Positions 30,123 to 39,800 of a stretch of 64,000 nt of DNA are shown piece by piece; position 1 is the stretch's first letter; each line of letters starts with the position of its first letter. Made by a program: the position numbers and the translations under genes. Source of the DNA: an uncultured Poribacteria bacterium (lineage in GTDB: Bacteria; Poribacteria; WGA-4E; WGA-3G); contig CATQHZ020000002.1 of NCBI GenBank assembly GCA_958296135.2, positions 1 to 64,000 of the forward strand, in the 5' to 3' direction. The notes below the pieces were generated by a model that worked only from the letters and a program-made list of their open reading frames with translations, had not been told where the DNA came from and did no database searches.

Positions 30123-31385
30123 TTAAGCTACAGTAAATACAACTCTTGAATTAATATCTTCAAGCATAAACCCATAACGTTCAGTCATATATCTAGCTTC
30201 GATTTGCTGACTAGCAATTCTTTCTCTTTCATTCACGCTTCCGCGAGCATGCCGATACATAACTAAAGTAACTCTTGAATCAATACCAAGCATTTCGTTA
30301 GTACCAAGACCATGAGTTCCGCCATCTGTTAGATAACCTAATCTCGTTGGCGCACTATTCTGATTAATAAGAGTAATTGGTGAGAAAAGGCCGCTAAATC
30401 TTCCAGCCGCATATGGCTGAAAATCTCCGGAAGTTACATTAGTACCAGAATTAGCAACACCGGTTAAATTAGACTGAACAACCGCCTGGATCCATTTTTG
30501 AGCTGTGGTTTTATTAGCAATTAAAAGATCCAACATGTAAGGCTCTTCAAAATAAGTATTAACTTCGATAATACCTTTTAAATTTGATCCAACGTTTGCA
30601 GTAGGAGCCGGAGTATTTCCTCCTCCAACAGCCGCACCAGTACCATCTTCTATTACTGCAATACCTTCATTAACAATAGTTCTTTCGTGATTAACAGCTA
30701 CTCTTTCAACCCAAGTCTGAACTGCAGAAACCCGAATATTATTACTATTAAATTCATCAGTCACAGCAACCCCAACGCCAACTTTCTTCAATTCGGCTGT
30801 CCGTGAACCAAGACTAATAATAGTAGTCGGGATTCTACCGCCTGGAGCGATTGGAACCATTGATTCCTCTGCATTACCCGCATCAGTAGCAGTAGTATAT
30901 TCTGGTTGTCTAATTAAATCTTCTGTAACAGTTTCAACTCTAGCTACGATATCGCCAATTCTGATTTGAGGAGCAATCATTTTTCTCTGTGTAATTGGAC
31001 GCTCCATATATGGACGATAAACCTGACCAGCCAAATAACCAGTTTCATCAATACCAGTACTGCCTGAATCGGCAGCTCTAATACCTAATAAAGTATTTTC
31101 GTAACAGCGATCCAACCAATCAAATAACAAATAATGCCCATAATCACTTCTAGTAAAATCACCAAGAGTTGAACTTGGGTAATTTCTATTTGATTCCACT
31201 CGAAGTCCTGATTTCTGAATCATATCTAAAAGAGGATCGTCATGATCAGTTTTATCTGCAATTGGAGCCTCGATCCGAAAAACTTCACTTAATGGAATAC
31301 CTTCCTGTTTCGCAGTCTTTAAAAAGAACTCTGGTTCCTTGCGAAACTTTTCAAATACATTTGATCTACTTGTAATATCACGCAT
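30123..31385 (-). CDS. major capsid protein (HK97 fold)
   Basis: 420 aa, downstream of protease and decoration genes; IAPGGRIP...ELKKVGVGVAVTDE and C-terminal ERERIASQQIEARYMTERYGF patterns. Confidence 0.8.
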   Translation of the reverse strand: MRDITSRSNVFEKFRKEPEFFLKTAKQEGIPLSEVFRIEAPIADKTDHDDPLLDMIQKSGLRVESNRNYPSSTLGDFTRSDYGHYLLFDWLDRCYENTLLGIRAADSGSTGIDETGYLAGQVYRPYMERPITQRKMIAPQIRIGDIVARVETVTEDLIRQPEYTTATDAGNAEESMVPIAPGGRIPTTIISLGSRTAELKKVGVGVAVTDEFNSNNIRVSAVQTWVERVAVNHERTIVNEGIAVIEDGTGAAVGGGNTPAPTANVGSNLKGIIEVNTYFEEPYMLDLLIANKTTAQKWIQAVVQSNLTGVANSGTNVTSGDFQPYAAGRFSGLFSPITLINQNSAPTRLGYLTDGGTHGLGTNEMLGIDSRVTLVMYRHARGSVNERERIASQQIEARYMTERYGFMLEDINSRVVFTVA

Positions 31386-31409
31386 TTTTTTCTCCTGTAT
31401 TAATTTTTA

Positions 31410-31877
31410 TTACGATACAGATATATTACTAACACTGTCTAAATCAACAAATAAAACTTCAGATGAATCTCCGCCACGACCAACAATTCTTCCTGTACCT
31501 TCCGTTGTTGCGCCTGAAGCAGCAACTTGACCATTACCTCCATCACCTTTAATACCAACTGGTTGATTAGCTAGATCGCTAACCTGCGAATTTCCATTCT
31601 TCTGAAATGGTACAATCCCACTTCTAACAACACTGCATCTGTTTGTCGCAGCATTAACAGATATAACAGCACCATAAACTACTCCATCAGCAGCAGTCAA
31701 ACCAACTAAAGGCGTTGGATCACTAGTAACATTATCGGCAGTCGCGCTTATATTAAGCGATACGGCTAAATATCCAGTTGATGGATTAGTATTTCTAATA
31801 GCCTGAATAGTACCAGTGGCACCGGAAGTAAAAGTACCATCATACTTACAGGTAATAAGTTTATCTAATAATTGCAT
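31410..31877 (-). CDS. capsid decoration/cement-like protein, paralog 3
   Basis: CKYD, VYGAV, RCSVVRSGIVPF and GTGRIVG...LFVDL shared with the two upstream genes. Confidence 0.6.
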   Translation of the reverse strand: MQLLDKLITCKYDGTFTSGATGTIQAIRNTNPSTGYLAVSLNISATADNVTSDPTPLVGLTAADGVVYGAVISVNAATNRCSVVRSGIVPFQKNGNSQVSDLANQPVGIKGDGGNGQVAASGATTEGTGRIVGRGGDSSEVLFVDLDSVSNISVS

Positions 31878-31895
31878 TATTTTTTTCTCCTAAAT

Positions 31896-32510
31896 CTACG
31901 AGTATAATAATCCTGGTCTTTGTAAAGCATTTCCTTCCAATTGAACTAATACATAATTACCAATTCCACCTAAAATGACACCAGCACCAACAATAGAAGG
32001 AAAAGTAGTAATGGCAGCTTGAACAGCTCCATCAAGAACATGATCTCCAACAATACTATTTGATGTAGGGCCAGTAATTCCACAACCAAGTGCTGTATCT
32101 GGAAGAGTTCTAAAAGTACTAGAAGCTGCAGGACCTAGACCAGTATTTCTAAAAAGAACTACGCCTTTAGTAAGAACTCCGCATCTTTGAGTTCCAGTAT
32201 TAACTGTTTCTAACGCACCATAAATAGGAAACGAATTAGGAGGAGTAGATTGTCGTACTACTTGCACTGTTCCAATTCCGTCATTCATATTAGTTAATCT
32301 AGTACTATCTGCATCATCTTGACCTATAGCAGTATCGGAAGTTAAAGTAACTGCGGTATGGACTTTTCTGCCATTTTCTTGAGATGGAAGTACCGAAACC
32401 AAATTTCTAGGTCTAGCTGAAGCGTCATAAACTTCTTGTATAACTCCATTAGCATCAGCAATAGAATCATCATATTGACAAGTTCGAATCTCTTTTAATA
32501 TATTTGGCAT
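31896..32510 (-). CDS. capsid decoration/cement-like protein, paralog 2
   Basis: CQYDD, IYGALETVNTGTQRCGVLTKGVVLFR and GAGVILG...YVLV. Confidence 0.6.
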   Translation of the reverse strand: MPNILKEIRTCQYDDSIADANGVIQEVYDASARPRNLVSVLPSQENGRKVHTAVTLTSDTAIGQDDADSTRLTNMNDGIGTVQVVRQSTPPNSFPIYGALETVNTGTQRCGVLTKGVVLFRNTGLGPAASSTFRTLPDTALGCGITGPTSNSIVGDHVLDGAVQAAITTFPSIVGAGVILGGIGNYVLVQLEGNALQRPGLLYS

Positions 32511-32524
32511 AATATCTCCTCGTA

Positions 32525-33058
32525 TTATCTACTTAAATCAACTAATAGATATGGTCCAACATATGATAAAATTATTCCTTTGCCAACGCCAGTAGTAGCA
32601 CTAACAGCCACCGTTCCATTGTTAAAACCCATTTCACCACTATTTGTATTAGCCGGAGCTTTTTCTACAGATTTACCAATATCTCCAGTTACTCCATCGG
32701 CGGCTCCAGTAGCAGCAGTTTTTCTAAAAACTACTACCCCGCTAGTTAAAACCCCACATCTTTGAGTCTTAGTATTAATTGTTTCTAATGCGCCATAAAT
32801 ATTTGTGCCAGCACCTTCTAGAGCAACCCTAACAAGTGGTGCAACTTCAGCTATCGAAGCGGTTCGTTGAGTTCCAGATGCTTCTATTAATTCGACCGCA
32901 GTATAAACTTTTCTATTACTAGTTCCTTCTTGAACTGGAGTTACATCAACATCCGCTCTTGGAGATTCTACGCTCTTAACTGTTCGTATATTACCATCAG
33001 AATCCACAATGGTATCATCATACTGGCAATTCTGAATATTATCTAATATATTTGCCAT
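32525..33058 (-). CDS. capsid decoration/cement-like protein, paralog 1
   Basis: CQYDD, IYGALETINTKTQRCGVLTSGVVVFR and GKGIILS...YLLVDL. Confidence 0.6.
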   Translation of the reverse strand: MANILDNIQNCQYDDTIVDSDGNIRTVKSVESPRADVDVTPVQEGTSNRKVYTAVELIEASGTQRTASIAEVAPLVRVALEGAGTNIYGALETINTKTQRCGVLTSGVVVFRKTAATGAADGVTGDIGKSVEKAPANTNSGEMGFNNGTVAVSATTGVGKGIILSYVGPYLLVDLSR

Positions 33059-33076
33059 TATGTCTCCTTAGAACTA

Positions 33077-34417
33077 TTAAGCAGTAACTCTAGCTCTTCT
33101 ATATTTATTTTCTTTTTCAGAATCTGTTCTATCTTCAAAAGAATCTTTAGTTCTACGGGCACTATATCTGTATAAAGCATCCGCTGAATCTTTCCAAGCA
33201 TCACGCAAAGCGATAATTGCATCATGTGAAATCTCTCCTTCTAGGCGCTGCTCCATCTGCTCGCGTTCAACTGGGGAAGCCTGATGACTATGTTTTCTGT
33301 CGAATTGTTTCATAGCCTCTGATCTAGCAGTTCTAAGAATTTGGTTATATTGTTTTACGATTACAGCATTCTTTGAACCGTCAACTTTTAATTCATCAAT
33401 TCGTTCATTTAATTTAATAAACGTCTGATCAATATCACCATTATCATCACCATACTCGTTACGCAAACGTTCTAATTCGACAAAATACTCATCTCTTTCT
33501 TCAGCTAACTGATCAAGAGCGTCAGCCTGATCCGTATTCTTCTCTTCAACAGCCCGATCAATCAGATCCTGAATATGTTCGTTGTGAATACTCATTCGAT
33601 TTTCTCCATTTTTAGGTTTGGTCGGTTTTCGACCTATTGATTTTAAGAATTCATCCACTAGAGGTTTTGATGATCTAGTGTCGAATCGCATTTCATATTC
33701 TGAATTTAGTTGGATTCGGTGCTTATCTTCCAGTTTACCTGATTTATAAGCACGCATTGCATTTTGAGCGATTTCCGCTCCTGGGGTAGCACCAAATGGT
33801 ACAACCGAAAACTCTTTTAAATCTGCTTCGTTAATGGTGCTAGTTATAGTAACTTCTTTTAAACCTTTTTTAGGCTCTTTAACTTCTTTACCCTTTTTGT
33901 CAACATAAATTGTTTGACCAGGATAATGACCATTTTCGTCTTCACTAAAAGACATACCAAAAAAACTATAACGTTTCATTTCTGAATCACAATAATCACA
34001 TGTTTCCTGTGTGGGAACAAATCCTACTGATAAATCTCTCATTGTTCCCTCGTCCACAGCGTCAATATAAGCGTTTGATGAACCATAACCTGGTCCATTA
34101 AGTGGAAGATCACGCTGAATATAGAATTTTGAATTAACATTCTTTTCAGTTGAACTATATGTTCCACCAGTACTACGACCAATCTGAGTAAATCGATCAT
34201 GCTGAGCTAATACTGGAACGCCTTTACGTGCCGATCTAGCAAAAGATCGTAATGCGTTTTCACCAATATGAGTATTATATGAATCCAGATTTGTATTACT
34301 TATGGTACCATCGAATTCTTCACGCCTTGACATTCCTTTGCGTTTCTTCTTCTTCTTTCCACCTTTACCATAATTTTTATTAATTGTAAATGCTGGTTTA
34401 TATCTTACATCACTCAT
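33077..34417 (-). CDS. prohead protease fused to a scaffold-like coiled coil
   Basis: LDSY, VLAQHD, LSVGF and EFSVVPFGA motifs of HK97-type proteases; helical C-terminal half. Confidence 0.85.
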   Translation of the reverse strand: MSDVRYKPAFTINKNYGKGGKKKKKRKGMSRREEFDGTISNTNLDSYNTHIGENALRSFARSARKGVPVLAQHDRFTQIGRSTGGTYSSTEKNVNSKFYIQRDLPLNGPGYGSSNAYIDAVDEGTMRDLSVGFVPTQETCDYCDSEMKRYSFFGMSFSEDENGHYPGQTIYVDKKGKEVKEPKKGLKEVTITSTINEADLKEFSVVPFGATPGAEIAQNAMRAYKSGKLEDKHRIQLNSEYEMRFDTRSSKPLVDEFLKSIGRKPTKPKNGENRMSIHNEHIQDLIDRAVEEKNTDQADALDQLAEERDEYFVELERLRNEYGDDNGDIDQTFIKLNERIDELKVDGSKNAVIVKQYNQILRTARSEAMKQFDRKHSHQASPVEREQMEQRLEGEISHDAIIALRDAWKDSADALYRYSARRTKDSFEDRTDSEKENKYRRARVTA

Positions 34418-34418
34418 A

Positions 34419-35912
34419 TTAGGCTCCTATCGCTGGTTGTGGCTCTGGTTCTGGCTCTGGTGCTTGAGGGCTTAATGATTCGAATTCTTCGTTATATCCT
34501 CGCAATAAATTTCGAGCGTCTTGAGCATCTATAACTCCACTTGTAATTAATTGAGTTATATCTGATATACTCATTGTAATTGGTGGTTCATCAGGCAAAA
34601 TATCTAATTGTTTACTAAATGATTTTAGAAGTAGTCTTCCTTCGTAGCGGCTAATAACCCGATCTTCAATTAATTTAGAAATTGATGTAACTTCATTTAA
34701 TAATGTTTCAGCCCTTCTATGCCGAACTAGGGAATTAACTCTTTCTAATTTAAATTTTGGATATAGATTTGGATAACCTGCCGCATTTAGTATTAATTGA
34801 AATTGTCGATTTAGCATCTTTTCGATGCCGCTTTGAAATGATTCAATAAAAATCGTATGCGCTTCTAATTGAATATCGGAATTATCTGAAAGTCCAGAAT
34901 TACTATTGATTCCAAATAAAATTGGATATTGCTTTAGTCCACGTGTAACCCATGTGTCCAATAATTTCTGTATAGATTCAACCGCACCAAAATTTGATCG
35001 ATTAATTCCTCCAATCATTTCGTTTAACACTTCTGATCCAACTACTGGCTGTTTCGCCTTTTGAAGATTCGAGTTTTGCATATATTGTTCGATCTTCTTA
35101 GCATTCTCATCTATAATGGCTTGCTGCTTCTTTGGATCAATACCAATCTCATGAAGTAATTCGCGATCAATCTTCCAAACTTGTCGAGGCCACGCTTGAG
35201 TTTCAATAACTTGCCGTAAGCTTTTCAATAGACCTAATTGAAATACAATTCCAAATAGTGCTGAATTCACCATTGGTCTACCAAAAGGTTTATCTGGAAT
35301 TGGATTAATTGCCTTATAGATAATCGTTGGATCTGTTAAAGCAACAAATCTACCTTTTTCCTCTTGACCTAGTTGCCAATATTGACCTCGCACTGGATCA
35401 TCATCTCGTCTTTGATATCGTGCCTGTGTTGGACTGATAATAACTAAGTCCACAAAATCACGACCATTTAGTTCGAATACTGATTCAGTATAAAAAGCGC
35501 CCCATAAGAATCCTGATGCTATTAATGAATTTACCTTATCGTCTAAATCTTGACCATTATCTTCCATCATTTTTTGAGCGTTATCTAGAATTCTTTGACC
35601 TATTGGATCTTCACATTCTAATGTCCATCCAATATTACAGAATTGATACATATCATGTAATGCTCTATCTAGATCTGGACTACTATTTATAAATATCTCG
35701 ATTAATGCCGCAGCTTTCTGACTACTTAATTGTGATTCGTCAATTGAGTTTAGTTTCCAGTCGTTTTCATTATCAGGACTAATATATGCGAAACCAGTAG
35801 AAAATGGCGTTAAATAATATTCGTCATATGTGGCTCTTCCATCAGCCCTAGTTAAAATTGGAACATAATCTCTTTCTGATACTAATGGATTACCATATTG
35901 ATCTACTAACAT
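34419..35912 (-). CDS. portal protein
   Basis: 497 aa directly before the protease; LVDQYGNP N-terminus, GAFYTE, PFGRPMV and FQSGIEKMLN..F patterns. Confidence 0.8.
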   Translation of the reverse strand: MLVDQYGNPLVSERDYVPILTRADGRATYDEYYLTPFSTGFAYISPDNENDWKLNSIDESQLSSQKAAALIEIFINSSPDLDRALHDMYQFCNIGWTLECEDPIGQRILDNAQKMMEDNGQDLDDKVNSLIASGFLWGAFYTESVFELNGRDFVDLVIISPTQARYQRRDDDPVRGQYWQLGQEEKGRFVALTDPTIIYKAINPIPDKPFGRPMVNSALFGIVFQLGLLKSLRQVIETQAWPRQVWKIDRELLHEIGIDPKKQQAIIDENAKKIEQYMQNSNLQKAKQPVVGSEVLNEMIGGINRSNFGAVESIQKLLDTWVTRGLKQYPILFGINSNSGLSDNSDIQLEAHTIFIESFQSGIEKMLNRQFQLILNAAGYPNLYPKFKLERVNSLVRHRRAETLLNEVTSISKLIEDRVISRYEGRLLLKSFSKQLDILPDEPPITMSISDITQLITSGVIDAQDARNLLRGYNEEFESLSPQAPEPEPEPQPAIGA

Positions 35913-35981
35913 AATTCCTCCTGATTTATTGATTTATATAAGGAGTACCAAGAGTATTTCATAATTTCAAATAAATCTTAT

Positions 35982-36776
35982 TTATTGCTCTTCTACTGAA
36001 AACGCATAAGAAATTGCTTGAGTTCCCTGTAATAATTCCGTAAAAGAATTAGGAACCCAGAATGCTGGGAACACAGATTCGTAATCTTGAGAATTTGGTT
36101 CATCTAGATCCCATAAAGTAAAGTTTGGATTTTGTCTCTGTATATCGTAAACTCGATTTAATTCGGATCTAGCCTCTGATAATGTATTAGCATTTTGCCA
36201 CATTTGATAATTAATAGTTTTTTTAGCATGATTTATATTGCCAACCTGTAAAGTTCTAGTTCCATAAAGATCTTCTTGAATAAACGAATTTCGTATTTGA
36301 CGCGTGGTATTAAATCTTGTAATAGCTCTAGTATCAGATTGATTTAAATCTAAAAGATGACTCATAACTAATATTTGATAAAGACGCATATCTGTAGCAC
36401 CAGATGCTCTTGTGCATTGTAATGTAAGAGTTTGGGCTGAAATTGGAGATACTATGGTTCCTAAGAATGCTACCCTATTATCAAATGTAGAATTAGCCGC
36501 ATAATCACATCCAAATTCATCGATTCTAGCAATAGAAATATTTTGCCCTATTAAATAAATAGTATCAACAGTTTCTGTATTTACAAGATTAATAACAAAT
36601 TCTAATACCCCACTAGTACCCGCTGAATCTGTTTGATAAAATGTATATTTAGTGCCATCAAATATATTTGATAGATTACCTTCAGTAGTCGCCCCTGTCC
36701 TTTGGCTATCTGTTATTAATCTAATTTGAGATGGATTAGTATAAATTTTGGGCATTATGGTCACCTCCCCTGCCAT
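35982..36776 (-). CDS. distal tail-like protein (start probably 36755)
   Basis: Directly after the tape measure; ends YAFSVEEQ; GGAGGTG RBS before MPKIY. Confidence 0.55.
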   Translation of the reverse strand: MAGEVTIMPKIYTNPSQIRLITDSQRTGATTEGNLSNIFDGTKYTFYQTDSAGTSGVLEFVINLVNTETVDTIYLIGQNISIARIDEFGCDYAANSTFDNRVAFLGTIVSPISAQTLTLQCTRASGATDMRLYQILVMSHLLDLNQSDTRAITRFNTTRQIRNSFIQEDLYGTRTLQVGNINHAKKTINYQMWQNANTLSEARSELNRVYDIQRQNPNFTLWDLDEPNSQDYESVFPAFWVPNSFTELLQGTQAISYAFSVEEQ

Positions 36777-36839
36777 ATATCTAAAATTTTATTTGGGCAG
36801 TAAATAGACCCATCCTAGCGGTTTTTTGGGCTGTCCTAG
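36768..36839 (+). repeat. 72-bp dispersed element, copy C
   Basis: CCCTGCCATATATCTAAAATTTTATTTGGGCAGTAAATAGACCCATCCTAGCGGTTTTTTGGGCTGTCCTAG. Confidence 0.7.
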
Positions 36840-39800
36840 AGCCTCCCATCGGCTGCCAATTCGTCCATCGTAAAACTGATTTCTTTGACTATACGATTAT
36901 TTATCTCGAATGGTATATTTATAGTAGCATCACCCGAAACGGTATAAGTATTTCCATCTTGCTGTGAAATAGAAGAATTAATTTGATTCCCTTCTCGAAC
37001 TCCATCACTATAATTCCTAACGATATCTCGCGCACTATCGCGTCCTAGATTGTAAGCCATTCGTTGAGATTCCATTCTTCCTGCGGCATTTGCAAGCTGA
37101 TCATTTAACGGATTATTAAAATGTAATCCTTCAAAGAATGAAGTTACACTGTTAATAATTGGAAGATTAGCAAAATCCTTACCAAGATCATCAAATAAAC
37201 CTTCTTGAATTCCAGTTCCAATATTATGAGCAGCTAATGCACCGGATATAACTACTCCTGCTGTTGCTGCCGAAGCCGCTAAACCAGCACCAGATGCTCC
37301 GCTAGCACCCGCCCCTCCCGCTCCTCCAGCACCTCCGCCACCAAATAATGATCCTAATCCACCGCCACCACCAATACCTGGACCTGTAATTGGAATATTA
37401 CTACCTAATCCTAATGAATTTAAAATAAAGTTAGTTGCTCGTGCCGCTAACTGTAAATTTAATTGCTGAAAAATTAGTTTTGGGAAATCAGTTAACTGTT
37501 GACGAACCCAATTAGCCCAAGCATCAGAACGTTCTTCTTCGTATTGTCGTTCTAGCGCTCGTTTCTCTTCTTGATATTCTCGATCGATTTCTAATAATTG
37601 TTCAGCTTGCTGCCGAGCATTTAATCTATCGTTGTTCCGAACAGCCTCTCTTTGGCGTTCAACATCCTCTGATAATCTTTCTAGTGATCTTTCTTGAGCT
37701 CTTGATTGACCTGATCCTATGCCCACAGCATCAAGAATGCTTGGTGCTAAGAATTGATCATATAATGATTCCGCAGAACCGGCAAAATAATCAGAAAATG
37801 CTTGAGATCTTGATAATTGTCTCTGCCTAAAGATTTCGCGTCCTCGTGGAGCGTCTATAGTAGTTCCTAAAAGATCTCCGAATTGTCTTCCAAATGCTCG
37901 AATACCTGTATCTTCGTTTCTTCCACCTAAAACTGATGCGCTAATTCTGTTTAATGAATCTCGTAAATTCCTTAATAGTAAACCAGAAGAACTTAGATTT
38001 GTTATTTCTTCACGTAATTGCATTATTCTTCTAGTCAAATCATCTAGTGGTACATCAATTAAACGTTCTAATTCTTGCCGTAATGGATTATTTTCTGGAA
38101 GAGCATTAATTGATGCCTGAACTGCTGGACGTAATGATTCGAATTGCTGTCGTAAATTGTCTAATTGAGCTATTAATAAACCTATTTCTCGTATTCTTGC
38201 TGGCCTAGTAAAATCAAGTAAACCACGTTGACGATTAAAATCCTCTGATACTCCTAATACCTCTTGCCACGCTTCACCTAATCGCTGTAATGCTTGTCTA
38301 TTAGCATTAATATCGTCGGCAGTTCTAGTATCTGGTAATTGATCGGTCACAGGAAGTGGTTGAGGAATAATTGGAATTGACGGAACATCACGAATTCCAG
38401 TACTTGGTCTTCCTGGCGTATTAAATCCGGTTCTTCCACTTAATATTGGAATTGGTAAAATTCCAGTAGGATTATTTGGATCTGGTGGCGCGCCACCTTC
38501 AACTTCAGCCCTTATAGTCCTATAAGATTCAATAGCACCATTTATTGCTTGTCGAGCAGTATTAGCACTCACGCCTAATCTATCAAGTAAATTCGACCTC
38601 GTAGATACAACTTCTCTGCGACCAGTATCAGTAACATCAATCGGAGATCCTGGAGTAAATTCAGCACCTTGTGGTAAATTTCTTCCGCCTGGTGGAATAA
38701 TTCCGCCAATTAATTGATCAATAGCTGGAGCGCGAGTTCCGGCTGTTGGGCCAGTTAATACGTTTACATCTCCTAATCCAGTTCGCAATTCTCGAAAAGC
38801 TAATCTCCCAACATTTGCAACCTCTTGAAACGTTGCTGATATTCTCCTGAAATTTGTATCAACCTGACCAGATATTCTTAATGCGGTATTTAAGCGTGCT
38901 AAGTCCTCTTCCGAAAAGATTTGACCCAAATTTAATTCTCTGGGAGAAACAGATTGAATTTTACCAATAAAATCTTCAACTCGAAGTAATCTAATAGCAC
39001 TCTCTCTTCCTACTTCATCATATTGATCTCTTAATCTTTGAGTAATTCCAACTAATATTTCTTCTTGATCATTAATTTTTTGTAAATTCGCTTCTTGTTC
39101 CGTAAGAGCTTTATTAATTTCTTGAAGTCGGTCATATCGTTCTCGTTCATCATCATAAAAAATTAATTCGCCACTTCTTCCATAAAATATTGGTGGCCGT
39201 TCTATCTCTAATCGTGATTGTTCTAATCTTCGTATATTACCAATAATATTTGATCTTTCGGTAGCCGCTTGCTCAGTAGCTTGTTCTATTACGGCTTGTG
39301 TCTCCTGTAATGAACCAAAACTGCTTATTACCCGTTGCCTTACATCAGATCTCTCAAAATTAGCACTAATATTAGGATCTCCTACCTCTCTTATAAGAGA
39401 TTCTAATACTGGATTACCTGCAACTAATTGAGCTTGAGTACGGGTTAATGTACCATCTCTTTGTAAAACACGTAATCCAGCGTCTTCAAATTGTGTTCTA
39501 ATACCAGAAGTTGATGTAGATAACTGAGATATTAAAGCGTCAAAATTTTCAATGCCACCAGTAAATAGATTTCGAACCCGATCAGATAATTGATTAAATT
39601 GACCAGTTAATCTACCTGTAGATACTCGCAATTGTTCTTGATTATCAGTTACCCTAGCAATTATATCGCCAGCTCCTTCCGCACCACTGAGAATTGTTTG
39701 ACTTAAAAGAGTCGGTTGTTCGTTTCTTCCAGCTCTTTCATATGCACTTCGTGCTAATGATACTCCACCAAAAAGTGCGGCTCCAACACCAAGTAGTGCT

